Source: a virus
Lineage: Duplodnaviria; Caudoviricetes
Virus record (IMG/VR): IMGVR_UViG_3300027708_000016
Length of the DNA: 64,000 nucleotides
Strand: one strand, 5' to 3'
Below the pieces are notes generated by a model. It was given only the letters and a program-made list of their open reading frames with translations, ran no database searches and was not told the DNA's origin. Shown piece by piece: positions 47,701-57,067 of this stretch. Both the position numbers and the translations under genes were made by a program. How positions within the stretch are numbered: position 1 is the stretch's first letter; each line of letters opens with the position of its first letter.

Positions 47701-48741
47701 AAGCTGTATTGTTTGTAAATTTTGATTATTCTCCAATAAAAAATTTTGCGGAGCATGATATTCCACGAGTCCAATCACACCTGCATTTGGATTTGATATC
47801 CAAATTTTGTTTGAATAATCATTTCCTGACAATGTAGGAGACATAAATGTCGAAGAAGCTGTTAAGATGACATTTAAAGTTGTTTGATATGGAACGTTTA
47901 AAAATGTTTTGCAATATCCAGATGCAAGATATCCATTTTGATCTGTTTTTTTGATTTCTAGGGGTGTGGTAAAGTATGAACTTAAATTTACGGTTCCTGC
48001 ATGAATATTAATATTGGATGATGCATTGCATGGAAAGTAATGACAGAAATTTGATTGTTCGTTAATTGGTGTAATTTCATTACCATCATTGAAAGTATCT
48101 TTATACTGTTTCCAATTGATATTAAAAATAACAGGGTGTTGAATTGCTGACCATCTAGGATTTATAAAATCTCTTATTCCATTTTCGGATACTTTAATGT
48201 AATCTGGTTCTCTATAATAAAAAATGTGTGGTTGTAATGCAATTGCCTCACTGTTACTATATCCCAATGTTATGTATTCTCTGTTACCGTCTATTACATT
48301 TAATCCGCTCGTTTGTAATGTTGCTAAAATGGTTGTATAAGGTTGATTTGATATAGCTAAATCAAAGTTATAAAGGTCATCAACAAAGTAAAACTCTGCT
48401 GTTCCACTAACACCAGCAAATGTACCACTAAGTGTATTTAAATTATTATTGCTATCTAAAAATAAAGAGGTATCTTTGGTTTTTATGGAATAAATTTGTT
48501 TGCCGCTTAAATCATAGAATCTACATTCTGGTCTTAAGAATGACCATTTATAGGTGTTAGCTTGTGGTGTGTATGATCTTGAATACTTGCTATCCAATGT
48601 TACAATATGATCACCTTCATAAGAAGACGTTATGTTGATTTTAAATGGAAACCTATTAATGTGACCAGCATAAGTTGGTGGTGGTGTAAAATCAAAATAT
48701 ATTGATTCGTTTAATGGTAATGGAAATTCAACTATATACAT
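44743..48741 (-). CDS. Large baseplate-associated candidate: beta-propeller with an inserted helical repeat domain
   Basis: Directly downstream of gp6; repeated LD...N.W.T blades; two (K/I)C.RD.G.IVDA...D(I/L) helical units. Confidence 0.75.
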   Translation of the reverse strand: MYIVEFPLPLNESIYFDFTPPPTYAGHINRFPFKINITSSYEGDHIVTLDSKYSRSYTPQANTYKWSFLRPECRFYDLSGKQIYSIKTKDTSLFLDSNNNLNTLSGTFAGVSGTAEFYFVDDLYNFDLAISNQPYTTILATLQTSGLNVIDGNREYITLGYSNSEAIALQPHIFYYREPDYIKVSENGIRDFINPRWSAIQHPVIFNINWKQYKDTFNDGNEITPINEQSNFCHYFPCNASSNINIHAGTVNLSSYFTTPLEIKKTDQNGYLASGYCKTFLNVPYQTTLNVILTASSTFMSPTLSGNDYSNKIWISNPNAGVIGLVEYHAPQNFLLENNQNLQTIQLYNFNVPIIQTPDFTKDNYSTSGFHNINSIAVLPPPIHQAWACDGDLNYLYKFSSSGTILCAIDINQVATDNNLTFFVENQVSPASISLDGKQNIWMTLYDTSSILKFDNNGKFKFAVNPLVSLKPNINNDWYKANEPINIAIETQNFVEPTYLDTDTFNNVWVTYSNYASGYLIKYDENGNVLKTINYPVSTCPQDVLVDCNNNVWVALSNDIYNSIGSLEKRDTNGNLLSSFGNIRGLNNLTVDINQNIWFTYSYSRIATIDNLSGSVATIDISNYDDTPLTTTRDNPTELIYTPSPQSDTITNSINNINKIILSLDNVPASKPYGAISNSSYQLASQQLLTAKSQIQQAVVDYSITNYPDAMSNNPTLTAKCFRDTGYIVDALSSDIANNANHRCIEVGNLYFKGVLKTLTTGNGINIPVIPTEEVQPTINAILQIATYVTNNNIVTDSARQANVAARVANIVYPLQNSGALNSYFPAGSATATDINIANIIIANRSLLQNQVSNYVAAKQYLINTNSSIIQICNRDVGLIVDAIYNDLLTGVNSRSIEYGLAYWNGSTSRLPDSLVSDHKNKTIDTFNYLNKCIKNILVANGNITSSAVSEYNVYPDKGLTVPDDNTSETALEGIASDARGFIYVINSVENQVYVFNSNTKKFINKFYVNPKGFTFFSPTDQSGTIIQYNPYQKSAQAYGDWTGFKWINKYNHNIDIAPHQISLSGQSIPLNFYINDSVDAFKVNENKDLGAQMKSLAFMPTLQDSTYMFDEFLPSIYGEYPFKHDDLGVKSYEKISNFTKNIADVDVCGINELYSLAASVNELTDDYQLSYPPDIQRLMDLISINQSRLWGSPAKNQNNFSKASEDGIFNRGTLLSNNYIVSAGTPIILRTKSLNKYNLIQTGNIKGLSSYPISTLIDFIGLDVITWNFYYEFYHFIPTISTTYYDNVIDWNNSQTTVNQNLSSFYQWLGDEQIVDQLFSYKLYNGLGLIS

Positions 48742-48746
48742 AGTTT

Positions 48747-50540
48747 TTAATAGTCTGTTACTTGTATAACCCCAGAAGGTTCTATTATCTCAATTCTGGA
48801 AATTAAATTTGTAATATTGTTGAATTTTGGATATTGGAAATATTGCAATTGTATATTTTGTGTAGTAACATTTGCGTCTAGGTTAGCATATGTTTCATTC
48901 CATATAATCAATGAAAGACCGTTAACATATGTATTTGTATCGCTTCTATAAGTTTGAAATGATTCAATGCCATCAACATTTGTAATGTCAGTTGATAGTT
49001 GATTAATATCAATCATCTGACCTAAAGTTGAAGTGGTATTATTAAAGTAAGAATTTATAATTTTAATAACATCATTTAATATACCAGAAGATGCTCTTCT
49101 CGTGTTTGAACTTTTACGAATTAAAAGTTTACATTTAGAAATATCATTAATGTTTACTTTAGATAATGGAGATTTTACATAAAAATCTAAATCCATATAA
49201 ACTGGATCAATTGGTACAACCTGTGACGTTAAAACTTTACCAGCCTGTAAATCATTTAAAATGAGTTCTTTTTGTGCAGCATTTACATATTGTTGGGTTC
49301 CATTTAATGGAACAAGATACACATAAATGTTGTTAAAGTTACAACTGTTTGCAAATTGAACTTGGTTATATAATACTCTACCATCAAGTTGAGGGTAATT
49401 TAAACCAATATCATAAAGATACTTTAAATGACCTGTTAAGTAATCATCATTGTTAACTACATGAACATCTGATATGATATTGTTATAATTATTTTTAATA
49501 AAGTTTTTAAAGTCTAACGTTGTGACTAATCTTTGTTGGTAACTGAAATTTTTTGATGCATTGCTTCTAATTTGATCAACGCTTTCTTCTTGTGAATAAG
49601 GATTTGATGGATATTCATTAGATAACGAAATATACTTGATTTGATCACTTGTTAATAAAGATGAAATTTGAGAACTAGTTAAAATATCATTTTGGATTTC
49701 TGAAAAATTAATGCTATTATATGGAATTAAACTACTAGTGTTTATAGTGTTTGCAGCTATAGTTTGTGCATCGGGATCTAAATTTAGATAATAAACAATT
49801 ACATTGTCATTTATATTTAAAGATTTGCCATTAATATTATCACCAAATTTAATTTCATAATTTTGATTTGGGTTATATCTTAATTCATAAACTCTATCAG
49901 TTGATTTATTTAAAAATAAATTTTGAGTCTGTGACCACTGTGACCAAGTACCAGTATTAATATCCTTTACATAAACAAAAATATTAAAATGATCAATATA
50001 AGTTGATGTGCCTAAATTTAAATATAAAACTTCATTGTTATTACCTAATGCATTATAAGTTGGATATTCTTGAAACTGTCCTTGGTATAAGAATAAATCA
50101 GAAATTTGATTCTGTAAATGAATTAACCCGTCAGCAGTATTTGTAAAATATATGTCATTATTAACCGAAAAACTTGTTCCACCAACACTTAAATATGTGT
50201 ATCTAGGTATTATATAATTTCCAGCTGGTAAATTAGTTTTTGAGTTAATATTGTACCCAACAGTTTGTGTAACTTTACCAACAGGATTATAATTTAAAAG
50301 TTTTACAATTCTATTCATGTTTTCATAGATTTGTGCTTCTGAAAACAAACTTTCTGATGATGTTTTATTTAAATAGTATAAAAGTGTACTGAAAGTATAG
50401 CTTATTACGTCTATCAATGCAGATAAATTTGATCCTTGATAATTTTGATCGGTGAATATCTGTCCTTCGTTTAGTCTTTGAACTATTAGATCTCTTATAC
50501 TAGTACCGTCAAAAGAAATGTATGAATTGTTATTAGCCAT
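48747..50540 (-). CDS. gp6: Baseplate wedge subunit (T4 gp6-like)
   Basis: FTDQNYQGSNLSALIDVISY...SESLFSEAQIYEN..RIVKLLNYNP; ESVDQIRSNA..NFSYQQRLVT..DF. Confidence 0.9.
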   Translation of the reverse strand: MANNNSYISFDGTSIRDLIVQRLNEGQIFTDQNYQGSNLSALIDVISYTFSTLLYYLNKTSSESLFSEAQIYENMNRIVKLLNYNPVGKVTQTVGYNINSKTNLPAGNYIIPRYTYLSVGGTSFSVNNDIYFTNTADGLIHLQNQISDLFLYQGQFQEYPTYNALGNNNEVLYLNLGTSTYIDHFNIFVYVKDINTGTWSQWSQTQNLFLNKSTDRVYELRYNPNQNYEIKFGDNINGKSLNINDNVIVYYLNLDPDAQTIAANTINTSSLIPYNSINFSEIQNDILTSSQISSLLTSDQIKYISLSNEYPSNPYSQEESVDQIRSNASKNFSYQQRLVTTLDFKNFIKNNYNNIISDVHVVNNDDYLTGHLKYLYDIGLNYPQLDGRVLYNQVQFANSCNFNNIYVYLVPLNGTQQYVNAAQKELILNDLQAGKVLTSQVVPIDPVYMDLDFYVKSPLSKVNINDISKCKLLIRKSSNTRRASSGILNDVIKIINSYFNNTTSTLGQMIDINQLSTDITNVDGIESFQTYRSDTNTYVNGLSLIIWNETYANLDANVTTQNIQLQYFQYPKFNNITNLISRIEIIEPSGVIQVTDY

Positions 50541-50554
50541 TATTAATAATTATC

Positions 50555-51151
50555 TTAAACTATCACTTGTCCTCCCATTTGAGCAAGAATAGTGATAACA
50601 TCCTTGTTTGGTAAATCTTTAAATTGATAAAATACACTTATCGCATAACCTTCGCCATAAGATGCAGTTGGATTTTTTGAAATTGTATTGTTGTTTCTTA
50701 CAAATACTGAAAGTTGACTACCATCTAAATTATATGATGGTGAATTGTTTTGATTTGGTACAACATAAACTTGTAAAACTGTGATTCTTGGTTCATATTG
50801 TGTTATGCCATCATATATTAAGTTTCCTATTGCTTGTGCACCTAATTCACTAACTGGCTCAAATAAAAATGATTCTAAAGAACAACCAAAATTGGGATCT
50901 AAAACTTTTTGACCTTTCATGGTTGTAAAAAGGTTTCTTATTGAGTTTTTAACAGCTTGAATATCAGTATCTACAGATATATCACCACCTTGTGCTGGTT
51001 TATCTCCTAATCCAACATTATTAGAAAAAGAAAGATCCAAGTGCAAATCTTTATAAACTGGACTAGTAATGGTAACTTGATTACTATTTAAAGTATTAGG
51101 TGAATTAACTTTTTTTGGTTGAATTAAATTATTTAGGTCGATTGTTGCCAT
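50555..51151 (-). CDS. gp25: Baseplate wedge subunit (T4 gp25-like)
   Basis: YKDLHLDL, DIQAVKNSIRNLFTT.KGQKVLDPNFGC.L..FLFEP, YEPRI. Confidence 0.9.
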   Translation of the reverse strand: MATIDLNNLIQPKKVNSPNTLNSNQVTITSPVYKDLHLDLSFSNNVGLGDKPAQGGDISVDTDIQAVKNSIRNLFTTMKGQKVLDPNFGCSLESFLFEPVSELGAQAIGNLIYDGITQYEPRITVLQVYVVPNQNNSPSYNLDGSQLSVFVRNNNTISKNPTASYGEGYAISVFYQFKDLPNKDVITILAQMGGQVIV

Positions 51152-51159
51152 GACAAGTG

Positions 51160-51171
51160 TAAATATACTTA
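51160..51171. promoter_or_regulatory. Overlapping divergent late motifs (TAAATA on +, TAAGTA on -)
   Basis: gtgTAAATAtacttatag in a 26-nt gap between divergent genes. Confidence 0.55.
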
Positions 51172-51177
51172 TAGCAT

Positions 51178-51762
51178 ATGACCAAGTTTAATAAATTTGA
51201 TACACTTTTAGAAACAGCCTTTTCACATTACTCAAATGGTGGATTCCGTGAGGGTAGTCCAGTAAGACTTAAACCTTCATTTCTAAAAAGCAATTATTTT
51301 ATCAACCATTATAGTGGTGATGAAGTTTTTGTTAATTGGATTACTGATTTAATCGAAAGAAATTATTTCTTCTTTATCAAAAGAGTTGTTGGTCATGGTG
51401 CAATGCAGGATGTAAAGGACGCAAATGATAATGAAGGTGCGGGTATGGCTTACTTAATTTTAAAGCAAGATCCTAGAAGTGTATCAGTTCCTACAGAGTT
51501 AGGAGAATTCACCGTTCCTGCTAGTTTTGAAATACTTGAAGTTTTAAAGTTTGGAAATAATCTTCCTCCAGTTCAAGGAACACCAAATAAGTACGAGCTT
51601 CCTATTGGTGATCAGAAAGCTCAACCAGTTAAAATTGACATTACTATTAATAATCGTCCTTCTGATGATGAGTTACCTTTAACTAATACTGCAATCCCTG
51701 CATCCCCTGCTAGTGGTGCAGTATATGCTAAACCTACAAAGCTTAAAAAATATTCTCGATAG
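51178..51762 (+). CDS. Hypothetical protein
   Basis: 194-aa ORF with a late motif upstream. Confidence 0.75.
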   Translation: MTKFNKFDTLLETAFSHYSNGGFREGSPVRLKPSFLKSNYFINHYSGDEVFVNWITDLIERNYFFFIKRVVGHGAMQDVKDANDNEGAGMAYLILKQDPRSVSVPTELGEFTVPASFEILEVLKFGNNLPPVQGTPNKYELPIGDQKAQPVKIDITINNRPSDDELPLTNTAIPASPASGAVYAKPTKLKKYSR

Positions 51763-52672
51763 CCATTAGGCAACAAAAGAAGTTAATTTCGTGATCTACT
51801 ACGAAATTGTCTCTATATAAATGTTCGCCTATATCAAGTAAGATTCTTTTCTTCTTATCGTCCTTTATATTTGCCGAATTATAGAAGAAATCCATAATTT
51901 CTTTCATAAGAGTCTGATAATCTCCAGCAAAACTTCTTTCGTTTTCTATGACGATCTTTCGTATCTCAATAGAATCGATTTTACATGTCAAATTGGTATA
52001 TACTTTCTTTGCCAAATTCTTAATATCATCAGACTCTTTAATTGTCAGTGCACCTGAAGCAGAAAATCTCTGTAAATCATTGATAATCCTCCTTAAATCA
52101 GGATAGTGTTTTTTGATATGTTCTACCAAAGTAATCTTTTGTTGCTCATCTACAGTTATATTCTCAGATTTAAGAATATAACTGCATCTTTTAATACAAT
52201 CAGTTATATCAGGTTGTATCTTAAACCTCAAACACCTAGATTGTATGGGTTCAATGATTCTATTAATATAGTTCGCCGTTAAAATGAATCTAGTGGTATT
52301 AGAATACTCTTCCATTACGCTTCTCAAGATCCTTTGAGCTTCCCCTGACGTACCACAAAATTCATCTAATATGATTACCTTCTTTTTACCATCAAGTGAT
52401 GAGGTTTGCGCAAAAGAAATTACCTTGTTTCTTATTGTGTCTACGCCATTTTCATCTGATGCATTAATGTAAAGATATTGGCATTTCAATACATCATTAA
52501 CTAAGATCTTGGCAAGAGTTGTTTTACCTGTTCCAGCATTACCATGTAGAAGCAAATGTGGAGTATTTTCGTCTATAGTTGAAAAAAACTTTGAATTCTC
52601 TTCAGACAATACCAAATCTTGCAAAATTTTGGGTCTGTATTTTTCGACCCATAATTGATTATACAAACTCAT
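51743..52672 (-). CDS. gp44: Clamp loader AAA+ subunit (T4 gp44 / RFC-small-like)
   Basis: LWVEKYRP, GNAGTGKTT, INASDE, IILDE, QRILR..MEE, SRC motif. Confidence 0.93.
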   Translation of the reverse strand: MSLYNQLWVEKYRPKILQDLVLSEENSKFFSTIDENTPHLLLHGNAGTGKTTLAKILVNDVLKCQYLYINASDENGVDTIRNKVISFAQTSSLDGKKKVIILDEFCGTSGEAQRILRSVMEEYSNTTRFILTANYINRIIEPIQSRCLRFKIQPDITDCIKRCSYILKSENITVDEQQKITLVEHIKKHYPDLRRIINDLQRFSASGALTIKESDDIKNLAKKVYTNLTCKIDSIEIRKIVIENERSFAGDYQTLMKEIMDFFYNSANIKDDKKKRILLDIGEHLYRDNFVVDHEINFFCCLMAIENIF

Positions 52673-52679
52673 ACCCTCA

Positions 52680-52707
52680 ATGATAGAGGATATTTTGAAA
52701 ATGTCAA
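52680..52707 (-). promoter_or_regulatory. Sigma70-like promoter TTGACA-16-TATCAT for the clamp loader
   Basis: ATG 7 nt after the -10 box. Confidence 0.6.
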
Positions 52708-52877
52708 CCGTTTATCAAAGTTCTACCATCACTTTGAGTATGGCTAGAAAGCATTTCCGTTGTTTGTTGTTGGGGCATTATAACCTGTGCAGATTTAATC
52801 CAGTTAATGATTTCGTGTACTCTTGAAGTTGGAATAGTAAAAGTTCCAACGTTTTGTATTGTTATTGTTGTTGTCAT
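52704..52877 (-). CDS. 57-aa hypothetical protein (MTTTITIQNVGTFTIPTSRVHEIINWIK...)
   Basis: Translated by hand; fills the gap; divergent late motifs upstream. Confidence 0.55.
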   Translation of the reverse strand: MTTTITIQNVGTFTIPTSRVHEIINWIKSAQVIMPQQQTTEMLSSHTQSDGRTLING

Positions 52878-52905
52878 ATATAAATATATAGGTAAATATA
52901 CTTAC

Positions 52906-53391
52906 ATGTCAAGCGATAACGAAATAGATTCAATTATAGATCAATTAAAGGCAGATGCAGTTCCTGCCAAAACAATTATACCAGAACCAGAACCATTAGA
53001 GGAACTTACTGATGAGAATGTTGGGGATTATGTGTACAAGAAATCAGCATCATTAGTTGAATCAACACTTGGTGCTGTTCAAGCATTAAAGGATAATGTT
53101 TTAACTGGTAGTGACCCAAGAGAAATATCAGCATTGTCACAGCTTATTAATTCAGCAACAAAAGCACTTGATCAACTTAATAAAATTAATATTCAAAACA
53201 AACAAAGTAAAAATAACATTGAAGTTAAGAGAATGGAAATTGCCGCTAATGCAGACAGACCACAATTACCTAACACTACAAACGTATTAATTGCAACGAG
53301 AGATGAAATTATGTCTCAAATTTTTAATCCTAAATCAACAAAAAAACAACCATTAGAGATTGTTGATGCTGAGTTTTCTAAAGAAAATTGA
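52906..53391 (+). CDS. gp16: Terminase small subunit (T4 gp16-like)
   Basis: DYVY....LVE...A...L......SDPRE..AL..LI..A...L..L core and C-terminal TNVLIATRDEIM resemble gp16; start reassigned to MSSDNE. Confidence 0.7.
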   Translation: MSSDNEIDSIIDQLKADAVPAKTIIPEPEPLEELTDENVGDYVYKKSASLVESTLGAVQALKDNVLTGSDPREISALSQLINSATKALDQLNKINIQNKQSKNNIEVKRMEIAANADRPQLPNTTNVLIATRDEIMSQIFNPKSTKKQPLEIVDAEFSKEN

Positions 53392-53393
53392 TG

Positions 53394-53415
53394 TTCCCGA
53401 AATTGGTTTCGGGAA
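53394..53415. terminator. Hairpin TTCCCGAAA-ttgg-TTTCGGGAA just after gp16
   Basis: Perfect 9-bp inverted repeat; U-tract weak. Confidence 0.45.
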
Positions 53416-53522
53416 GATAATATAAATTATTGATTTTAAATAATTTATATAAATAAAAATTACATTTCCTATACATTTATTAACAAATGAAGAGGTTTTG
53501 TAAGGAATTTGGGCAAGAAAAT

Positions 53523-53552
53523 GCCCCAACCCATAGCAATCTGGATTGGGGC
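53523..53552 (-). terminator. Rho-independent terminator downstream of the major capsid gene
   Basis: 11-bp stem GCCCCAATCCA/TGGGTTGGGGC followed by ATTTTCTT on the minus strand. Confidence 0.75.
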
Positions 53553-53578
53553 GAACTTTTTCTTTAGCTGAACTAAAC

Positions 53579-55069
53579 TTAGAGGTAGTTGGCGACTGCG
53601 CCGTTACCTGCAAAGTTTTGTCCGAGACCCTTAACTATGATCATGTGATAGTATAAAGATGCACCGAAGATATGATCAACTACGCCGTAGCGAGTCATAA
53701 GACCTACACGTGGTGCAAAGTCATTAGGACCAACTGTGCGTTGGATCATAACTGGGATGTATGGGCAATATACAATACCTGTATCATAGTATTCGGTTCC
53801 CTTGTAGCCTAAGAGGGCGTACTCAACCTGATTTGTTCTTGCTCCTGAAAGATACTGCGCATCTGTACGGGTATCACGGTAGACGGTAAAACGTCCTCCG
53901 AGAGTACCAACTTTAGCGATTCCTGTTGGCTGCGTGTTAACGTTGCCGTTAACTGGCATCCACTGGAATTCTGGTAACATTTCTAAAATTGCACACACAC
54001 GAGGTGTAGCAATGATGAAGTTAGCAGAACCTCTACGGTTACGGATTGCGACACGATTAGCCTCGACAATTACCTTACTGTAGAAATCACGATTTCTTTC
54101 GCCCAACCAACGTGCGTCAGCTGAAGCGGCGTACCAATACGAGAATCCGTTACCTGCTGTTGCAGAAATGCCAGAGCCTGTTGGGCCTCCAGCATTGAGA
54201 CATACTTGGATCATACGGATAACCATTTCACGGTCGATTTCTGCCTGAATTTCGTAACTCATTGCGTTAGTTAATTCAGAGTCGATGTCGAGTCCGTTCA
54301 TGTTCTTAAGATCCTGTTCAAGTTCAACTGACCAACGAGCGGCAAGGCGGCGTGTGCCAGCCTCAACTGCTGTCTTGCTGAACTGAACAACAACCTGTGG
54401 GATGTTACCAGTTAATTCATAGTCACTTAAAAGTGCTGCAATACCTTGATCTGCTCCGACCATGTCGAAATCAGATCCGTTGTTTGCTAACCCAGAAAGC
54501 TGGGCTGCACTTGTGCCTGTGAATCTTGTATCTAAGTATTGATAGCCTAGTTCCTGTCCATCGGAAGCTGTACGGGGGTTTCCATTAACGTCACTTGTTG
54601 TGAGTCCTGTACTATACCCGTCGATTCCGTTGACACCTAAACTATCTGCCTCATATTTGTAACGAAGAGCAAATGCAAGTCCGACTGGTCCGCTCATTGG
54701 CTGTACACCAACGATCTCGTTTGTGATAAGCTCTGGGAAAGTACGACGAACCATCGGTATAAGAACCTTTGGTAAGCGACTATCACCAGCAGCATAACGA
54801 TCTCCTGAAAAATTAGAAGATGCAGCACCTGGGTTTCCGAAGACTCCCGAAGCACCACCGTAGATACCACCAGAGACATTTCCTCCTGCCTCTTCGATGC
54901 ACCAACGCTCCTGATTTTCCATGAGAATAGCAGTAGTTAAGCGTGAGTGCTCGTTTTCGATTGCAGCAACCTTATCGGATGTGTAATCAAGAACTGGGGC
55001 CCACTTTTCAACTAACTGCTGTGCACGAGAACGATCAATGTAGCCTGTGGCTGGATTAACGTTTTTCAT
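53579..55069 (-). CDS. gp23: Major capsid protein (T4 gp23-like)
   Basis: EKWAPVL, ILMENQ, LIPMVRR.FP.LI..EIVGVQPMSGPVGLAFALR, EAGTRRL.A.WS.EL.QDL, YCPYIP, MTRYG. Confidence 0.97.
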   Translation of the reverse strand: MKNVNPATGYIDRSRAQQLVEKWAPVLDYTSDKVAAIENEHSRLTTAILMENQERWCIEEAGGNVSGGIYGGASGVFGNPGAASSNFSGDRYAAGDSRLPKVLIPMVRRTFPELITNEIVGVQPMSGPVGLAFALRYKYEADSLGVNGIDGYSTGLTTSDVNGNPRTASDGQELGYQYLDTRFTGTSAAQLSGLANNGSDFDMVGADQGIAALLSDYELTGNIPQVVVQFSKTAVEAGTRRLAARWSVELEQDLKNMNGLDIDSELTNAMSYEIQAEIDREMVIRMIQVCLNAGGPTGSGISATAGNGFSYWYAASADARWLGERNRDFYSKVIVEANRVAIRNRRGSANFIIATPRVCAILEMLPEFQWMPVNGNVNTQPTGIAKVGTLGGRFTVYRDTRTDAQYLSGARTNQVEYALLGYKGTEYYDTGIVYCPYIPVMIQRTVGPNDFAPRVGLMTRYGVVDHIFGASLYYHMIIVKGLGQNFAGNGAVANYL

Positions 55070-55133
55070 TTGTTTTGTTTACTCCTATGGAATAGAATAC
55101 TGTGATTGTTAAATAATTCAGAATTTATAGAAT

Positions 55134-56045
55134 TTAACTTCTATAAGATTCAGATTTCTTTAACTCACTCAGATATCCGCTAACTTGGGAAAATCCCTCA
55201 TTAGAATTAGCTACCGATTCGGTAACTACTGAACTTACAGGAATCTTAGCGTCTCTGGTTTTAGCAGAAAGCTTTGCTTCCGTAACAAGTTCAGACGTAG
55301 CTTCTTGTTCGCTACGCTCAAACATCTCAACAACATAATTAAAATTCTCTTCAATATAAGAACTGTCTTTGTCGTTTAACAATTTAACAATAAAATCTTT
55401 TTTAGTTGATGGCATACCCTTGGTTTTTTGTTCAAGAATAATAGTAGATTCAACTAATTTAAGCTTTCCTATGAGAGCTTCATTTTCTTTATAAGACTCA
55501 TTGATCTTTTCATTAAGATTATCAATGGTTCTTTTACCTTCAGCAATTGTTGTCTTAATTCCAGAATTAATTGATTCTGGATTAAATCCAACGATCTGAC
55601 GGATTTTTTCAAGCTGTGTACGAGCATATGTGTTCTCTACAGCTTCTTGTAATTGAGTTTTTGGTAAAGCCTTCTCCAATGCTATATCGATGAAGTTACT
55701 AACGTCATCAATCATTTTATTTGAAAAAGCTTCTGCCTTTTCATTTAAAGCCTTGCGGTAAAAATTAACAAGCTTTTCTAATTTGCTTGTGTGATCTTCA
55801 TTAATTGAATTAACAACCATTTGAAGTTTTTCGGTATGATCACTATCAATAGCCTCTAAAAGTTTTTCTAACTTAACTGCATGTTGTTCGTCTTGTTGTG
55901 AAAGAGCATTTTCAACTTGGAGTGCTGATCTTGATTCTACTTTTTCGCTTACAGCAGCTTCAAATGCTTCAGCGATTGCTGTTGCTGTTTCTTCGGAGAT
56001 TACACTCTTGTCTAAGTTTTCTAAGATGGCTTTGAAATTCTTCAT
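55134..56045 (-). CDS. gp22: Prohead core scaffold protein (T4 gp22-like)
   Basis: Acidic coiled-coil between protease and capsid genes; AIAEAFEAAV.EKV, V.NF.D.A.E. Confidence 0.85.
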   Translation of the reverse strand: MKNFKAILENLDKSVISEETATAIAEAFEAAVSEKVESRSALQVENALSQQDEQHAVKLEKLLEAIDSDHTEKLQMVVNSINEDHTSKLEKLVNFYRKALNEKAEAFSNKMIDDVSNFIDIALEKALPKTQLQEAVENTYARTQLEKIRQIVGFNPESINSGIKTTIAEGKRTIDNLNEKINESYKENEALIGKLKLVESTIILEQKTKGMPSTKKDFIVKLLNDKDSSYIEENFNYVVEMFERSEQEATSELVTEAKLSAKTRDAKIPVSSVVTESVANSNEGFSQVSGYLSELKKSESYRS

Positions 56046-56067
56046 ATTATGTTATAATAACTTATCC

Positions 56068-56337
56068 TTACTTGTTCCCTTTTTTAGAAACTTTTTTAGT
56101 TACTCCAATTTTCTTTAAGAAAGCCGCTTGTTTAGCGGATACTGGCTTTTTGGGATCTGACTTTTTTGAAGTTGATTTTTTTGAGTCTGACTTTTTAGTA
56201 TCCTTTTTGTCTATGACTTTTTCAATCTGCTTGGTGGCTTTTGCCTCAACAATTTGATTGAGTGATTTATTAGCTTGTGCGTAATCTCTTGCACAAACTT
56301 GTGCTAAAAAGTTTTTTATTGATTTACGAATATCCAT
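56068..56337 (-). CDS. Small prohead core protein (gp67-like) with a Lys-rich tail
   Basis: IKNFL..V...DY.QA...L..IV..K resembles the gp67 helix; KKDTKKSDSKKSTSKK tail. Confidence 0.55.
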   Translation of the reverse strand: MDIRKSIKNFLAQVCARDYAQANKSLNQIVEAKATKQIEKVIDKKDTKKSDSKKSTSKKSDPKKPVSAKQAAFLKKIGVTKKVSKKGNK

Positions 56338-56370
56338 ATGTGTATTATTACTTATCCTAAAATGTTACAA

Positions 56371-57039
56371 TTAATAACTTTTTAATGCATTAATGAATGC
56401 AACAAATTGTTCACGAAGATATGCATCTTTGTTTTTTAAAGGAAGATTTGAAATACTTTTTTCAAACTTTTCATAAAATGCTTCGAGTTCACCATTGTCT
56501 TTTAACACCCATTGTTTGGATTCTAATATACCGTTAACAAATGCAGTTGGCACAGAAGGATCAGCAACAACATCAATTGCTACAAGTCTAAAGTCAGAAA
56601 CTTTACCAACTCCATTTTCTTGATCAACTCTTCCAAGTGCTCTTGATGAAACGCCAAGTTTTACTCCATCCATAATTAATGAACGAACAACTTGACCAAC
56701 AGGTGTTGAAAGAATTTTTGATTTACCTTCAAATATATTTCCATCTTGCTTTAATTCTGTAACAATGTGACAGGCTCTTTCTAAATTGATTTCAGGAGAT
56801 GATGGGTGATTGAGTTCGCCTGTTGCACGGTTGCCTTTGATCATTTCTTTATCATAACGAGCAACTTCTCTGACCATCTCTTCCAATGGATATACACGCT
56901 TGTTACGATTTGCTTCATTAGCCATTAGAAACGGTCCTTTAATGTACATGTTTGAAGGTGAATTACGATTTTGTTCTTCAACCAAATACTTTAATTCATA
57001 TGTAGGTTGCTCGACCAAAAGATTATAAACGTTACTCAT
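56371..57039 (-). CDS. gp21: Prohead core protease (T4 gp21-like)
   Basis: YIKGPFL.A...NRN.RVYP, GELNHP, CHIV, LGVSSRALG, DVVADPS.P.AFV.GILES. Confidence 0.95.
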   Translation of the reverse strand: MSNVYNLLVEQPTYELKYLVEEQNRNSPSNMYIKGPFLMANEANRNKRVYPLEEMVREVARYDKEMIKGNRATGELNHPSSPEINLERACHIVTELKQDGNIFEGKSKILSTPVGQVVRSLIMDGVKLGVSSRALGRVDQENGVGKVSDFRLVAIDVVADPSVPTAFVNGILESKQWVLKDNGELEAFYEKFEKSISNLPLKNKDAYLREQFVAFINALKSY

Positions 57040-57067
57040 ATATTAATTACTTAGTCTTTTATTTATA

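Noticed and set aside
2782-52905. Longer track starts for ORFs 2440..2874, 5311..5712, 20586..21413, 38813..40867 and 52807..53391
   Set aside because: Downstream ATGs coincide with promoter motifs or stop/start overlaps, and the extensions run through intergenic or overlapping sequence
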